From a virus (taxonomy: Duplodnaviria; Caudoviricetes): a stretch of DNA of 64,000 nt. Made by a program: the position numbers and the translations under genes. The first letter of the stretch is position 1; each line of letters opens with the position of its first letter. Positions 27,351 to 36,006 of the stretch are shown here, one piece after another. The stretch spans positions 32,001 to 96,000 of the IMG/VR virus record IMGVR_UViG_2675903060_000001; one strand, written 5' to 3'. The notes under the pieces are model-generated. The model worked only from the letters and a program-made list of their open reading frames with translations, had not been told where the DNA came from and ran no database searches.

Positions 27351-30080
27351 GTGCAGGTCATCACGCCCGGACGTCCGGAGCCGTACGCGCTGCGGCTGAC
27401 CGCCTACGCCCCGAACGGCGCGCGGCTCGGGACGCTGCCGCACCACCTCGGGTTCGAGGCCGGGATACCGCTCAACGACGTGCCGAGCCTGCGACTCACC
27501 TACCCGGCGGCCGGCGCGGGCGCCGAGCTGCTGACCGCGCCAGTGGAGATCGCCGTCGAGGTGTCGGTCGGCGGCGGCCCGTGGCTGGAACCGAACGACG
27601 CCCGCTTCCTGCGGATCAAGCGGGGGAGCAACGCCACCGACGCCACCGGCGCGCGGAGCTACGACTGCCCCGGCTACGCGTGGATGCTGCGCAAGCTCGT
27701 GCTGCATCCAGGCCCGGTCATGGTCGAGGGCAAGCGGCCGTTCTCCGCCGTGTCGGCGGGGGCGATCCTTCGGACGTTCGTGGACGAGGGCCACGCGCGC
27801 GGCACGCTGCCCGGCCTCGCGGTGGCGTTCACCACCACGCACGACTCCGCCGGGCAGCCGTGGGACAAGACGCTGACGCTCCAGGTAGAGCCCGGCGCGG
27901 ACCTGCTCACTCTCCTGCTCAACCTCAGCGAACAGGGCGTGCTCGACTGGACGATGACCGGCCGCACCCTCCGCGCCTACAACGAAGGCACGATCCTGGG
28001 CGAAGACCTCGCCGCCGGGCACGCTCCGGTGGACCTGCGGCTCGGCCGCGACATCGACGACGCCCCCGCGACCGCAACTCTCGAGGATCTGGCGTCGGCG
28101 ATCCTCGTGCGCGGCGAGGCCGGGCTGAGCGTCGAGGTGACCAACCCCAGCGCGCCGCAGCCGTGGGGCCGGTGGGAGACCGCCCAGTCCCAGGGCGGCG
28201 TGGCCGACGAGGGGACGGCGATCCTCCTCGGCACCAACGCGCTCGCCCGCGCCGGCCGAGAGAGGACCCAGCTCACGCGCGGCATCCGCGTCGAGGCGGC
28301 GCGGTGGCTGCCGCTCGTGCACTACCGGCCCGGAGACCTGGTGCTCGCCCCCGGCGAGACCGGCGCGATGGAACCGGTCCGGGTCCGGCAGATCACCGTG
28401 TCCGTGGGCCAGGACGGCGGCATCGGCGGCAACCTCGTCCTGCACGACCGGTTCATCGAGCGGGAACTGCGGCTCGCCCGCCAGGCGGCGGGCATCCTCG
28501 CCGGCGGCGTCTCCTCCGGCGGGACGGGCGGCACTCCGGCGCCGGAGCCGTCCGGCCGCGTGGCGGCGGCCCCGGCCGGGCTCATCGTGGAACCGGCCGC
28601 GTACACCGACGAGCACGGGTTCGCCCGCGGTCAGATCACGGCCACCTGGACGCCGGTCACCGCTGACGTGAACGGCGTCGCCCTGGACGTGGACGGCTAC
28701 GAGCTGTACGCCCGCGTCAACGCGACCGGGCAGGTGTGGCGGCACATCGCCACCAGCGACGACACCACGGCGACGTACTCGCCGCTCGTCGTGGCCACCA
28801 CGTACGCATTCAAAGTCCGCGCCACCGCCGCGGGCACCAAGGGCGCGTTCGGGCCGGAGTTCGTGGTCCTGGTCCCGGACGACGTCACCCCGCCGCCCGT
28901 CCCCTCGACGCCGGTGCTCTCGACGCGGCTCGGCGTCATCGACGCCGCATGGAACGGCCTCGGGTCGTCAGGCGAGCCGATGCCGCCGGACTTCGAGCAC
29001 GTCCGGGTGCACATGGCGGCCGACGCCGAAGGCCCGTGGACAGTCGTGGATCACCTGCGGGCGGCCGGGTCCGCGCTCATCGCCGACCAGCCGTACAACA
29101 CGCCGCGCTGGTTCCGGCTGACGTCGGTGGACCGGCGCGGCAACACCTCGGCGCCCTCGGCCGCCGCCTCCATCGCGACGCAGCCGCTCGTCAACGGCGA
29201 CATCATCGGCGAGGTCATCGACGGCGCGAACATCGTGCCCGGCACGGTGAACGCGGCCGACGCCGTCATCGCCAACACGATCACCGGAGGGCTCATCCAG
29301 GCCCTCGCCATCGAGACCCCGCACCTCAAGGCCAACGCGGTCACGCTCGACAAGCTCGCCGCCGGGTCCGTGGACGCGACCCGGCTGACCGCGACCGCCA
29401 TCGACGGCAAGACCATCACCGGGGCGTTCATCCGCACCGCCGCGACCGGCCGGCGGCTGGAGTTCGCGCCGCCCGGCGCGACGTACCCGGAGATGCGGTT
29501 CATCCCGGCCAGTGCCGGGAGCAACTACACCCGGCTGAGGACGCGCGACGACCAGTGGCCCGGCGAGGCGACGTTCGAGATCACGAGCGGAACCAACTCG
29601 GGTGTGACCGCCGCGAGCCAGACCTCGATCGCGGCTGGGTTCATGCAGATGCAGGTCAGGGACTCGACCCTGTCGAATCCCAATGGTGGGCTCATGGAAC
29701 TGGCCGAGTCGTATGCCCGGTACGGCTACTTCCGCAGCGCCGACCGCGAGCAATACTTCTGGTTCGACAACTCCGGCCGCACCCGCCACGTCGGCAAGTG
29801 GTGGGACTTCACCGCACTCGGCCCCACCGCGGGCATCCTCGCCGGCTCCGTCACCTTCGCCTCGGCCGGGTCGGGCGCGAACATCCGCTTCCTGTCCTAC
29901 GGCGCGTCCATGGACGGCAACATGGGGCCCGTCGTCGTCATGCGGCGCGGCCTGTCCAGCCCGACCTCGCACACCCCGTCCGGGTCGTGGTACGTGACCG
30001 AGTCCCTCCAAACCGGCTTCCGGATCTCCACCAGCTTCCCGGACGGTTTCGCGATCTACTGGTGGGCTCACCGGCATTGA
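27351..30080 (+). CDS. Minor tail / central fibre protein with fibronectin III domains, paralog B
   Basis: Hub domain, then TYAFKVRA and SVDRRGNTSAPS FnIII motifs, AVTLDKLAAGSV repeats, C-terminal beta domain. Confidence 0.85.
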   Translation: MQVITPGRPEPYALRLTAYAPNGARLGTLPHHLGFEAGIPLNDVPSLRLTYPAAGAGAELLTAPVEIAVEVSVGGGPWLEPNDARFLRIKRGSNATDATGARSYDCPGYAWMLRKLVLHPGPVMVEGKRPFSAVSAGAILRTFVDEGHARGTLPGLAVAFTTTHDSAGQPWDKTLTLQVEPGADLLTLLLNLSEQGVLDWTMTGRTLRAYNEGTILGEDLAAGHAPVDLRLGRDIDDAPATATLEDLASAILVRGEAGLSVEVTNPSAPQPWGRWETAQSQGGVADEGTAILLGTNALARAGRERTQLTRGIRVEAARWLPLVHYRPGDLVLAPGETGAMEPVRVRQITVSVGQDGGIGGNLVLHDRFIERELRLARQAAGILAGGVSSGGTGGTPAPEPSGRVAAAPAGLIVEPAAYTDEHGFARGQITATWTPVTADVNGVALDVDGYELYARVNATGQVWRHIATSDDTTATYSPLVVATTYAFKVRATAAGTKGAFGPEFVVLVPDDVTPPPVPSTPVLSTRLGVIDAAWNGLGSSGEPMPPDFEHVRVHMAADAEGPWTVVDHLRAAGSALIADQPYNTPRWFRLTSVDRRGNTSAPSAAASIATQPLVNGDIIGEVIDGANIVPGTVNAADAVIANTITGGLIQALAIETPHLKANAVTLDKLAAGSVDATRLTATAIDGKTITGAFIRTAATGRRLEFAPPGATYPEMRFIPASAGSNYTRLRTRDDQWPGEATFEITSGTNSGVTAASQTSIAAGFMQMQVRDSTLSNPNGGLMELAESYARYGYFRSADREQYFWFDNSGRTRHVGKWWDFTALGPTAGILAGSVTFASAGSGANIRFLSYGASMDGNMGPVVVMRRGLSSPTSHTPSGSWYVTESLQTGFRISTSFPDGFAIYWWAHRH

Positions 30081-30128
30081 CCAGCCCATCCGCCGCACCC
30101 CCGACGCCGACATGAGAAGGACTCCGCG

Positions 30129-30824
30129 ATGCCCGAGCTGGTCGAGGTGTGGGACGCCGAGCTGTCCTACACGCACACGCCCCTGATGGACACGCCGGGG
30201 CCGGTCCCCGCGCACGCGGACGGCGCCGAACCGCTGTGGTGCGTCTACCAGTACGCGCCCGCGACGCAGATGGAGATCCACCACGCTCTGCCGCACACCC
30301 TGTTCGAGTGGCGGGCCGCGATGCACGGCATCGACCCCGACGACACCGCGACACTGCTCGACGTCGCGCTGCACGAGCCGTACCTGCCCGCCGCCGACGA
30401 CATGTTCGCGTCCGACGACCCGTCCGCCGCGTCGGTGCTCGCCGAGACGCGCGGCCTGCCGACGTGGCAGACACCGGGCGTGCCCGACGCTGACCGGCTC
30501 GCCGCGTGCCTGGCCCAGATCGAGGCGGTGAAGACGCACCGGGTGCGGCTGGAAGCGGCTCCGCTGACGGCCCGGCTCAAGGCGCTGGTGTACGTCGGCT
30601 CCGACCGCGCCCTGGCCGACGACCCGCTGGAGCCGGTCACGTCGCTGATGCGGCTCGACCCCGTCCGCGTGCAGGCCCGTCGCCAGGCGGTCGAATGGGT
30701 GAGAGCTGGCCGGGAAGCCGCTGCCGCGGCCGGGCGGGGCCTGATCGTGCCGACGTTCCACGGGCCGAAACCTGCCGGGACGTTCGTCGGGATGCAGCCC
30801 CGGCCAGGGGGGAGCAGCCTGTGA
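30129..30824 (+). CDS. Tail-associated hypothetical protein
   Basis: TLFEWRAAMHGIDPDD...LLDVALHEP; AAGGA RBS. Confidence 0.7.
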   Translation: MPELVEVWDAELSYTHTPLMDTPGPVPAHADGAEPLWCVYQYAPATQMEIHHALPHTLFEWRAAMHGIDPDDTATLLDVALHEPYLPAADDMFASDDPSAASVLAETRGLPTWQTPGVPDADRLAACLAQIEAVKTHRVRLEAAPLTARLKALVYVGSDRALADDPLEPVTSLMRLDPVRVQARRQAVEWVRAGREAAAAAGRGLIVPTFHGPKPAGTFVGMQPRPGGSSL

Positions 30825-31162
30825 GCGCCGACGACATGCCCAGCGTCGCCCTGTCGCTGGAGACACTGCGACGCCTGGTCGAAGTCGGCTTCGCCCAGGT
30901 CAACGGCCAGATCGCGTTGGTCCGGCAGGAGCTGGAGCAGGTGAACGCTCAGCACGCCAGCCTCGCGCAGCGCGTCGAGCAGGACAGGATGACCGCCGAC
31001 GTCCGCCACGCCGCGCTGGAGACCCGCCTGGACGCTCTCGAACGGGAGGCGGTGACGCGGTCCCAGCTCGCCGACCGCACCCGCCAGATCATCGCCGTCG
31101 TGACCGTGCTGCTGCTCGTCGCGGGCACCGTCATATCGCTGATCAGCCTGACCCGGAACTGA
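30821..31162 (+). CDS. Coiled-coil membrane protein (lysis-cassette associated)
   Basis: LRRLVEVGFAQVNG, C-terminal TM helix. Confidence 0.7.
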   Translation: MSADDMPSVALSLETLRRLVEVGFAQVNGQIALVRQELEQVNAQHASLAQRVEQDRMTADVRHAALETRLDALEREAVTRSQLADRTRQIIAVVTVLLLVAGTVISLISLTRN

Positions 31163-31170
31163 GCCCCCTG

Positions 31171-31458
31171 TTGATCGTGTTCCCCGCGCGGGACGGCCTG
31201 CTCGTCGTGCCCGCTGTTCTGCCCATCCACGTCAGCGACGACGAGCTCAAGATGACCGTCGCCGACTGGCTCACCCACCGGGAGATCCCCATGTCCGACC
31301 CCTCCGCCGAGCCGATCGAGGTCCTGGACGGCCAGGACCCGCTTCCGCTGCCGCCGTTCGCCGGCGCGGGCGTGACCGCGCTCGACCCCGACCAGGACGC
31401 GCTCCCGCAGGAGCCCGGCAGCGCCATCGAGGAGGTGCCCGCCGATGACCACGCCTGA
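31171..31458 (+). CDS. Hypothetical protein
   Basis: Acidic ORF filling gap; start uncertain. Confidence 0.5.
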   Translation: MIVFPARDGLLVVPAVLPIHVSDDELKMTVADWLTHREIPMSDPSAEPIEVLDGQDPLPLPPFAGAGVTALDPDQDALPQEPGSAIEEVPADDHA

Positions 31459-31717
31459 CCGGCCACCCATCACCGGAGACATCGTCCGCTACCGAGGCAA
31501 GCACGGTTTCCACGCGGTTCGCGCCGCCATCGTGACGGCCGACGTGGACACCCTCGATCCCGCCGGTGTGCGCGTTGGCACCGTGCCCGCGCTCGACAGC
31601 CCCGCACACGTCCACCTGCTGGTGTTCACCCCCGGCGCGCGCGGCTCGTTCTGGGAGTTCAACGTGCCGCCCGGCGACGAGCCCGGCACCTGGCACTGGC
31701 CGCCGGAGCGGTCATGA
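31445..31717 (+). CDS. Conserved phage hypothetical protein
   Basis: P.TGDIVRY...RAAIVT...VHLLVF...PGTWHWP. Confidence 0.75.
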   Translation: MTTPDRPPITGDIVRYRGKHGFHAVRAAIVTADVDTLDPAGVRVGTVPALDSPAHVHLLVFTPGARGSFWEFNVPPGDEPGTWHWPPERS

Positions 31718-32484
31718 AGGTCACGGACCCCGTGGACCGGCTCCTGTCCGAGGCCCGCGCGCAGCTCGGCTACACCGAGAGCCCGACCGGCTGGACCGTG
31801 TTCGGGTCGTGGTGGGCCAAACGCCACGGCAAACCGTCGTCGTGGGCGCTGGAGCCGTGGTGCGACATGTTCGTCGCCTGGTGCGCGTACAAGGCCGGGC
31901 TGCTGCCCGTCGTCGGCGACCACGCCTGGACGGTCGGCCACGCGCAGTGGTTCAAAGCGCGCGGCCAATGGGGGCACACCCCGCGGCGGGGCGCGATCGT
32001 GTTCTTCGACTGGGGCGGCTCCCGCGACATCCAGCGCATCGACCACGTCGGCATCGTGGAGGCCGTCCGCGACGGCAGCCGGACCATCGTCACGATCGAG
32101 GGCAACACCGACAACCGCGTGAGACGCCGTGAACGGTCGCTGGCGAACGTGGCCGGGTTCGGCTACCCCGTCTACCTGCCCGCGCCTGCGACTCCGAAGC
32201 CGCCCGCTACTCCGGCGCTCACCTGGACGGAGACGATGATGAAGAACCTCCCGACGCTGCGGCGCGGCGACGGCAAGGACCCGAACGACCCGAAGCGGTG
32301 GCACGTCAAGACCGCGTTCTACCTGCTGCACGCCCGAGGCCACGGCCTGGCGGGCGGCATAGACGACACCGTGTTCGGCGGCCCCATGGAGGACGCCGTC
32401 CGCGCCGTCCAGCGCGCCGCGGGCAAGCGCGTGGACGGCGTGATCGGGCCGGAAACCTGGCCCGTGCTCGTCCGCGTCTCCTGA
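31714..32484 (+). CDS. Endolysin: CHAP domain plus peptidoglycan-binding domain
   Basis: PWCDMFVAW, GAIVFFDW, DHVGIVE, TIEGNT; C-terminal DGVIGPETW. Confidence 0.9.
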   Translation: MKVTDPVDRLLSEARAQLGYTESPTGWTVFGSWWAKRHGKPSSWALEPWCDMFVAWCAYKAGLLPVVGDHAWTVGHAQWFKARGQWGHTPRRGAIVFFDWGGSRDIQRIDHVGIVEAVRDGSRTIVTIEGNTDNRVRRRERSLANVAGFGYPVYLPAPATPKPPATPALTWTETMMKNLPTLRRGDGKDPNDPKRWHVKTAFYLLHARGHGLAGGIDDTVFGGPMEDAVRAVQRAAGKRVDGVIGPETWPVLVRVS

Positions 32485-32501
32485 CACCCCAAGGAGTGAT
32501 C

Positions 32502-32912
32502 ATGCTGAGGTTCCTGTCCACCGTGCTCGCCGCCCTCGCTGCCGTGCTGCTCGCGGCCGGGCTCGGCGGCACCATCGCCACCGCCACCACCACGGCGGCG
32601 GCCCCGAAGACGCTCGGCTTCTGCGCCAAGCAAGCCGGCGGCGCGGTCCGCATGCTGGAGCCCAAGAACACCGCCAAGTCGCAGTTCGGCGCCTGCAAGA
32701 AGGGCGAGACCCGCGTCCAGCTCCCCACCACCACGGCCAAGGGCCCGAAGGGCGACACCGGACCGGCCGGCCCCAAGGGCGAGACCGGCAAGGACGGCAA
32801 GGACGGGCGCGGGCTCGACGGCGCACCCTTCAAGATGACGTTCACCGGCAACGGCCCCTGGTCCTGCTCGTGGAAGGCCGACACCGAGACGCTCGCCTGC
32901 ATCACCCCATAG
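32502..32912 (+). CDS. Secreted/membrane protein with short collagen-like repeat
   Basis: Signal peptide; GPKGDTGPAGPKGETGKDGKDG; AAGGAG RBS. Confidence 0.75.
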   Translation: MLRFLSTVLAALAAVLLAAGLGGTIATATTTAAAPKTLGFCAKQAGGAVRMLEPKNTAKSQFGACKKGETRVQLPTTTAKGPKGDTGPAGPKGETGKDGKDGRGLDGAPFKMTFTGNGPWSCSWKADTETLACITP

Positions 32913-32919
32913 TTCATTC

Positions 32920-32937
32920 GTTTGCGTAACCGCCAAC
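32920..32937. promoter_or_regulatory. 18-bp palindromic site, copy 4 (GTTTGCGTAACCGCCAAC)
   Basis: Consensus match; upstream of holin. Confidence 0.6.
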
Positions 32938-32959
32938 TCACCCCTCTTGGAGGACTGGC

Positions 32960-33346
32960 ATGTCCATCGTGAAGAAGACGCCGACCGTCTGGGGGCAGGA
33001 GCCCGCGGTCATCGCGTACGTGCTGAACGCGCTGCTGGCGTTCCTCGTCACCATCCCCGCCCTCGGCCTGGACGAGACCGCGGCGGGCTACATCTCGACC
33101 ATCGGGTCGGGGGTGCTCGCGCTCATCGTCGCGTGGCAGACCCGGCCGTGGGTCATCTCCGCGCTGACCGGCTCGGTGTCCACGATCCTGACGGGCGTCT
33201 CGCACTTCTGGCTGGTGCTCACCCCCGCGCAGACGGCGGCGTTCATTCTGCTGCTGTCGTCGGTCCTCGGCCTGGTCCTGCGCGGCCATGTGTCCCCGAA
33301 GGCGGGGCCGGTCGCACCGGTCGTCGTCGTGAATCGACTGTCGTAG
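32960..33346 (+). CDS. Holin-like membrane protein
   Basis: WGQEPA start, four hydrophobic segments, R.HVSP end; GGAGG RBS. Confidence 0.7.
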   Translation: MSIVKKTPTVWGQEPAVIAYVLNALLAFLVTIPALGLDETAAGYISTIGSGVLALIVAWQTRPWVISALTGSVSTILTGVSHFWLVLTPAQTAAFILLLSSVLGLVLRGHVSPKAGPVAPVVVVNRLS

Positions 33347-33359
33347 CCTCCCCAGACCG

Positions 33360-33402
33360 AGATGGCCCCTGCTCGCCCATCATGGGCGAGTAGGGGCCAT
33401 CT
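33360..33402. terminator. Intrinsic terminator ending the late operon
   Basis: AGATGGCCCCTGCTCGCCCAT-C-ATGGGCGAGTAGGGGCCATCT long stem. Confidence 0.8.
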
Positions 33403-33440
33403 TCTGTCTCTTCGCAGATCAATGCCTCACACCGGGGAGG

Positions 33441-33686
33441 CTACCTGCCCGAGGGGATCGCAATGGTGAGCTCTACCCCGGTGCTCGTCACGATGATGAC
33501 GAGCACGAGAAGGACGAGAAGCTTCCATCCTCGCCCCACAGGGTTGTAGACCTGGCCGGCTGTGATGATGCACGGCTGGTAGATGGACCCGAGGGTAGCG
33601 AGAGTGTTAGCCACTACCTTCTTAATGGCTTCGTAGGGGACTACGAAGCCTCCTTGGTTAATGTAATCAGGTTGGTAGTCGGTCAC
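33441..33686 (-). CDS. Small membrane protein (lower-GC moron)
   Basis: C-terminal TM WKLLVLLVLVIIVT; AT-richer codons. Confidence 0.5.
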   Translation of the reverse strand: MTDYQPDYINQGGFVVPYEAIKKVVANTLATLGSIYQPCIITAGQVYNPVGRGWKLLVLLVLVIIVTSTGVELTIAIPSGR

Positions 33687-34079
33687 TGTCTTATGTCTCT
33701 CTCTTACTAGAGAGCCTGCTATCCAACCTGTTAGTGGAGTCCTGTAGCTCCCCGGTTTAACTTAATCCGGTACGATGGAGCTGCACAGTACAGGAGTCCT
33801 ACCACGAACAGGCTGGTAGCGGGCTCGGTACCTTGGGGGGGTCTGGTCGCTCCAACGACCAGCCCCCCCCGTTTGCCGTTCCAATAGTAGCCGCACTCAG
33901 GACACTCTGTGGGGTTTGGCCTTTGACGTGCGGAAACGCAAGAACGTGCGCAGAGAATTGCGTAGATGGGCGCGCAGAAACGGGGAGTCCCAAAGGACAA
34001 CATGGCCATCCCCAGACCTCATAGTGGAGAGACGAGAGGGTTCTTGGCGATTGAACCCTCGCCCGCGCCACAGGACATA

Positions 34080-34113
34080 GAAGGCCCCACCCGCTCCGGC
34101 GGGTGGGGCCTTC
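34080..34113. terminator. Intrinsic terminator
   Basis: GAAGGCCCCACCCGC-TCCG-GCGGGTGGGGCCTTC perfect stem downstream of 34121 gene. Confidence 0.85.
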
Positions 34114-34120
34114 TTCGCGT

Positions 34121-34327
34121 TCAGATGATCAGTGTGGGCCAGCCGTCGAGTTCCACCTCGTGATTCGGGATCACGTACAGCAGTTCGTGCTCGCTCTCGC
34201 CGTATCCGTGCTCGGTGGCCCACTGCTGTGCGTGCTCGGGCAGGTCGTCCCAGTCGATCCCTGATGCGGCCAGTTCGACGGCGCCCTCGGGCATGATGTC
34301 GCCGGCTGATGCGGAGATGAGAGTCAT
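34121..34327 (-). CDS. Very acidic small protein (possible anti-defence/DNA mimic)
   Basis: GGAGG RBS; 68 aa with 14 D/E and no K/R. Confidence 0.7.
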   Translation of the reverse strand: MTLISASAGDIMPEGAVELAASGIDWDDLPEHAQQWATEHGYGESEHELLYVIPNHEVELDGWPTLII

Positions 34328-34507
34328 GACCATGATTCCTCCTGGGGGACATGCCGAAGCGGGGTTATCCCTCCAGGGTGATGAAGTCAGCGGGCCTGGG
34401 CTCCGCAACCGAGGGTACAGCGGCTACCTGCCGCCGGTCCTTGGGTCAGCCTGCGTACTTCAGGCACTGCCACCGTCGGGCGCGGCAGGCTGGATGCCGA
34501 GCATGGC

Positions 34508-34885
34508 TCACTCGGCCTCACCACCAGACGAGCCCATTTGCAAGGCCCAGCCGCCTTGACGCCACGACCAGCCGTAGTCAGGGATGCCCACGAGGTGCCG
34601 GAGGGTGCCGTCCTCGGCCTGCTCGATGAGCTGGGTGGCCTGGTCCTCGTACTCGTCGTAGTGGCCTCGCCCGCCGTGGGCGGCGTGCAGGGCCGCCATG
34701 AGGGCGATTCGGGCCTCGTCCGCCACGTGGTAGGCGAGATTCACCTTCGCGATGTTCTCTGGTGTGGTGGTGCTGTGGCGGGCGTTCTCCGCCTCGAAGG
34801 TGGACAGCTTGGTTTTCGCGCGGCTGGCCAGTGCCAGGAGAATCGCTTCGCTGCCCTCGGGAAGGTCGCTCATCGGCACCTTCAT
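34508..34885 (-). CDS. Small helical hypothetical protein
   Basis: AGAAGAGG RBS before MKVPMSD; GC3-rich. Confidence 0.7.
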   Translation of the reverse strand: MKVPMSDLPEGSEAILLALASRAKTKLSTFEAENARHSTTTPENIAKVNLAYHVADEARIALMAALHAAHGGRGHYDEYEDQATQLIEQAEDGTLRHLVGIPDYGWSWRQGGWALQMGSSGGEAE

Positions 34886-34934
34886 GATCATGACCTCTTC
34901 TCTGCGCAGAGTGATTCGGGAGTCGTCAGGACTC

Positions 34935-34986
34935 CCGTGGACCCCCACCTGCGTGAGGAGAAGGACCCCGCATGCACGGGGAGCAG
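34935..34986 (-). repeat. Two overlapping type I-E CRISPR-repeat-like hairpins without spacer
   Basis: CTGCTCCCCGTGCATGCGGGGTCC and CTTCTCCTCACGCAGGTGGGGGTCC resemble recalled actinobacterial I-E repeats (CTGCTCCCCGCGCACGCGGGGATGGTCCC type). Confidence 0.5.
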
Positions 34987-34994
34987 TTCCGAGC

Positions 34995-35185
34995 CTACGC
35001 GTCTGGCAGGCCAGGGTCGTGGCGTCTCACGATCTGCCAGTATTCGTCGCTGGGAATGGCGTCGATGCTCGTGATTCGTAGCCGTAGGTGCTGCCGATTT
35101 CCTCGATGATGCCTTCGATGTCGAAGGTGTCCGGGTGATCGCCAAGGGTTTGGCGTATGGCAGTTGCCAGGTCTTGCTGGGTCAT
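34995..35185 (-). pseudogene. Small acidic protein with apparent 1-nt frameshift near 35075
   Basis: MTQQDL...STYGYE continues in another frame as ITSIDAIPSDEYWQIVRRHDPGLPDA*; AAGGAGG RBS. Confidence 0.55.
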
Positions 35186-35955
35186 GTTCCTCCTTCGCTC
35201 TGTAGAGATAGTGCCTGTTCGAGAAAGCGCACGCGGGCCGGGTTGGCGATGATGCGCAGGAGCTCCACCGCCCGGCCGCGCCCGTCCGCGATGACCTGGT
35301 CGGCGGCCAGCACCCATGCCCCGGCCGCGAGACCGAGCCCCTTCGCCTCGTCGCCGGTCGCGGGCCGCGCCCCGATGGCGCGGCGGACGACGGCGGCGGG
35401 GGCGTGCCCGGCCTGGGCCAGCGTGCCGTAGATGCCGCCCGGCACCTGCTGCTTGGCCGCGATCGGCGTGCCTTCGACCAGCTCGGCCGGGTAGATCGCC
35501 TCGTCCAGTCGGACCGGGACGTCGCCGGCGTGCGCGGTCCGGGCGCGGATCACGACTGCGGCGCCGGGGGCGACGCCCAGCAGGGCCGCCTCGTCCTGGG
35601 CGGCGGCCCTGCTGGTGACGGAGGTCGTGACCGTGCGCCCCTCCAGGCCGGCGAGCTTGCAGCATTCGGCCCAGGGGAGGGGGCCGTGGCCTAGCGGGTT
35701 GTGGAGTGTCAGGTCCACGACCGGCGGGTTCGGATCTTGGACGATCATGCCGACCGCCGCGTTGCGGCGGATCAGCCCTTCCTCTTTGAGGATCTTGTAC
35801 GCCTTGAGCAGGACGTTGTCGGAGCCGAGTCCGTATTTCCTTATCAGGTCGCGGGTGTGGGGAAGCGGCTGGCCTACGGGGTAGATGCCGCTGACGATCT
35901 TCGCGCGGAGATCGTCAGCGACCTGCTGGTAGCGGGGGAGGGGCTTCTCGGCCAT
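35182..35955 (-). CDS. GntR/HutC-family regulator with UTRA domain
   Basis: PRYQQVADDLRAKI.SG.YPVG..LP wHTH; UTRA-like C-terminus. Confidence 0.9.
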   Translation of the reverse strand: MAEKPLPRYQQVADDLRAKIVSGIYPVGQPLPHTRDLIRKYGLGSDNVLLKAYKILKEEGLIRRNAAVGMIVQDPNPPVVDLTLHNPLGHGPLPWAECCKLAGLEGRTVTTSVTSRAAAQDEAALLGVAPGAAVVIRARTAHAGDVPVRLDEAIYPAELVEGTPIAAKQQVPGGIYGTLAQAGHAPAAVVRRAIGARPATGDEAKGLGLAAGAWVLAADQVIADGRGRAVELLRIIANPARVRFLEQALSLQSEGGT

Positions 35956-36006
35956 GAGGGCATGTTACGCGCGGAACATGGCGATGTCTAGGGTGCCGCA
36001 TGCGTC

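Noticed and set aside
32741-32815. Short tandem DNA repeats
   Set aside because: Explained by collagen-like G-x-y coding
34440-34500. Type I-G/I-U-like repeat mimic (CTGCCGC...GTGGCAG..TGAAG, minus strand)
   Set aside because: Similarity too weak to support by eye
34935-34986. CRISPR array
   Set aside because: Only two overlapping repeat-like units with no spacer and no cas genes; kept as repeat mimics
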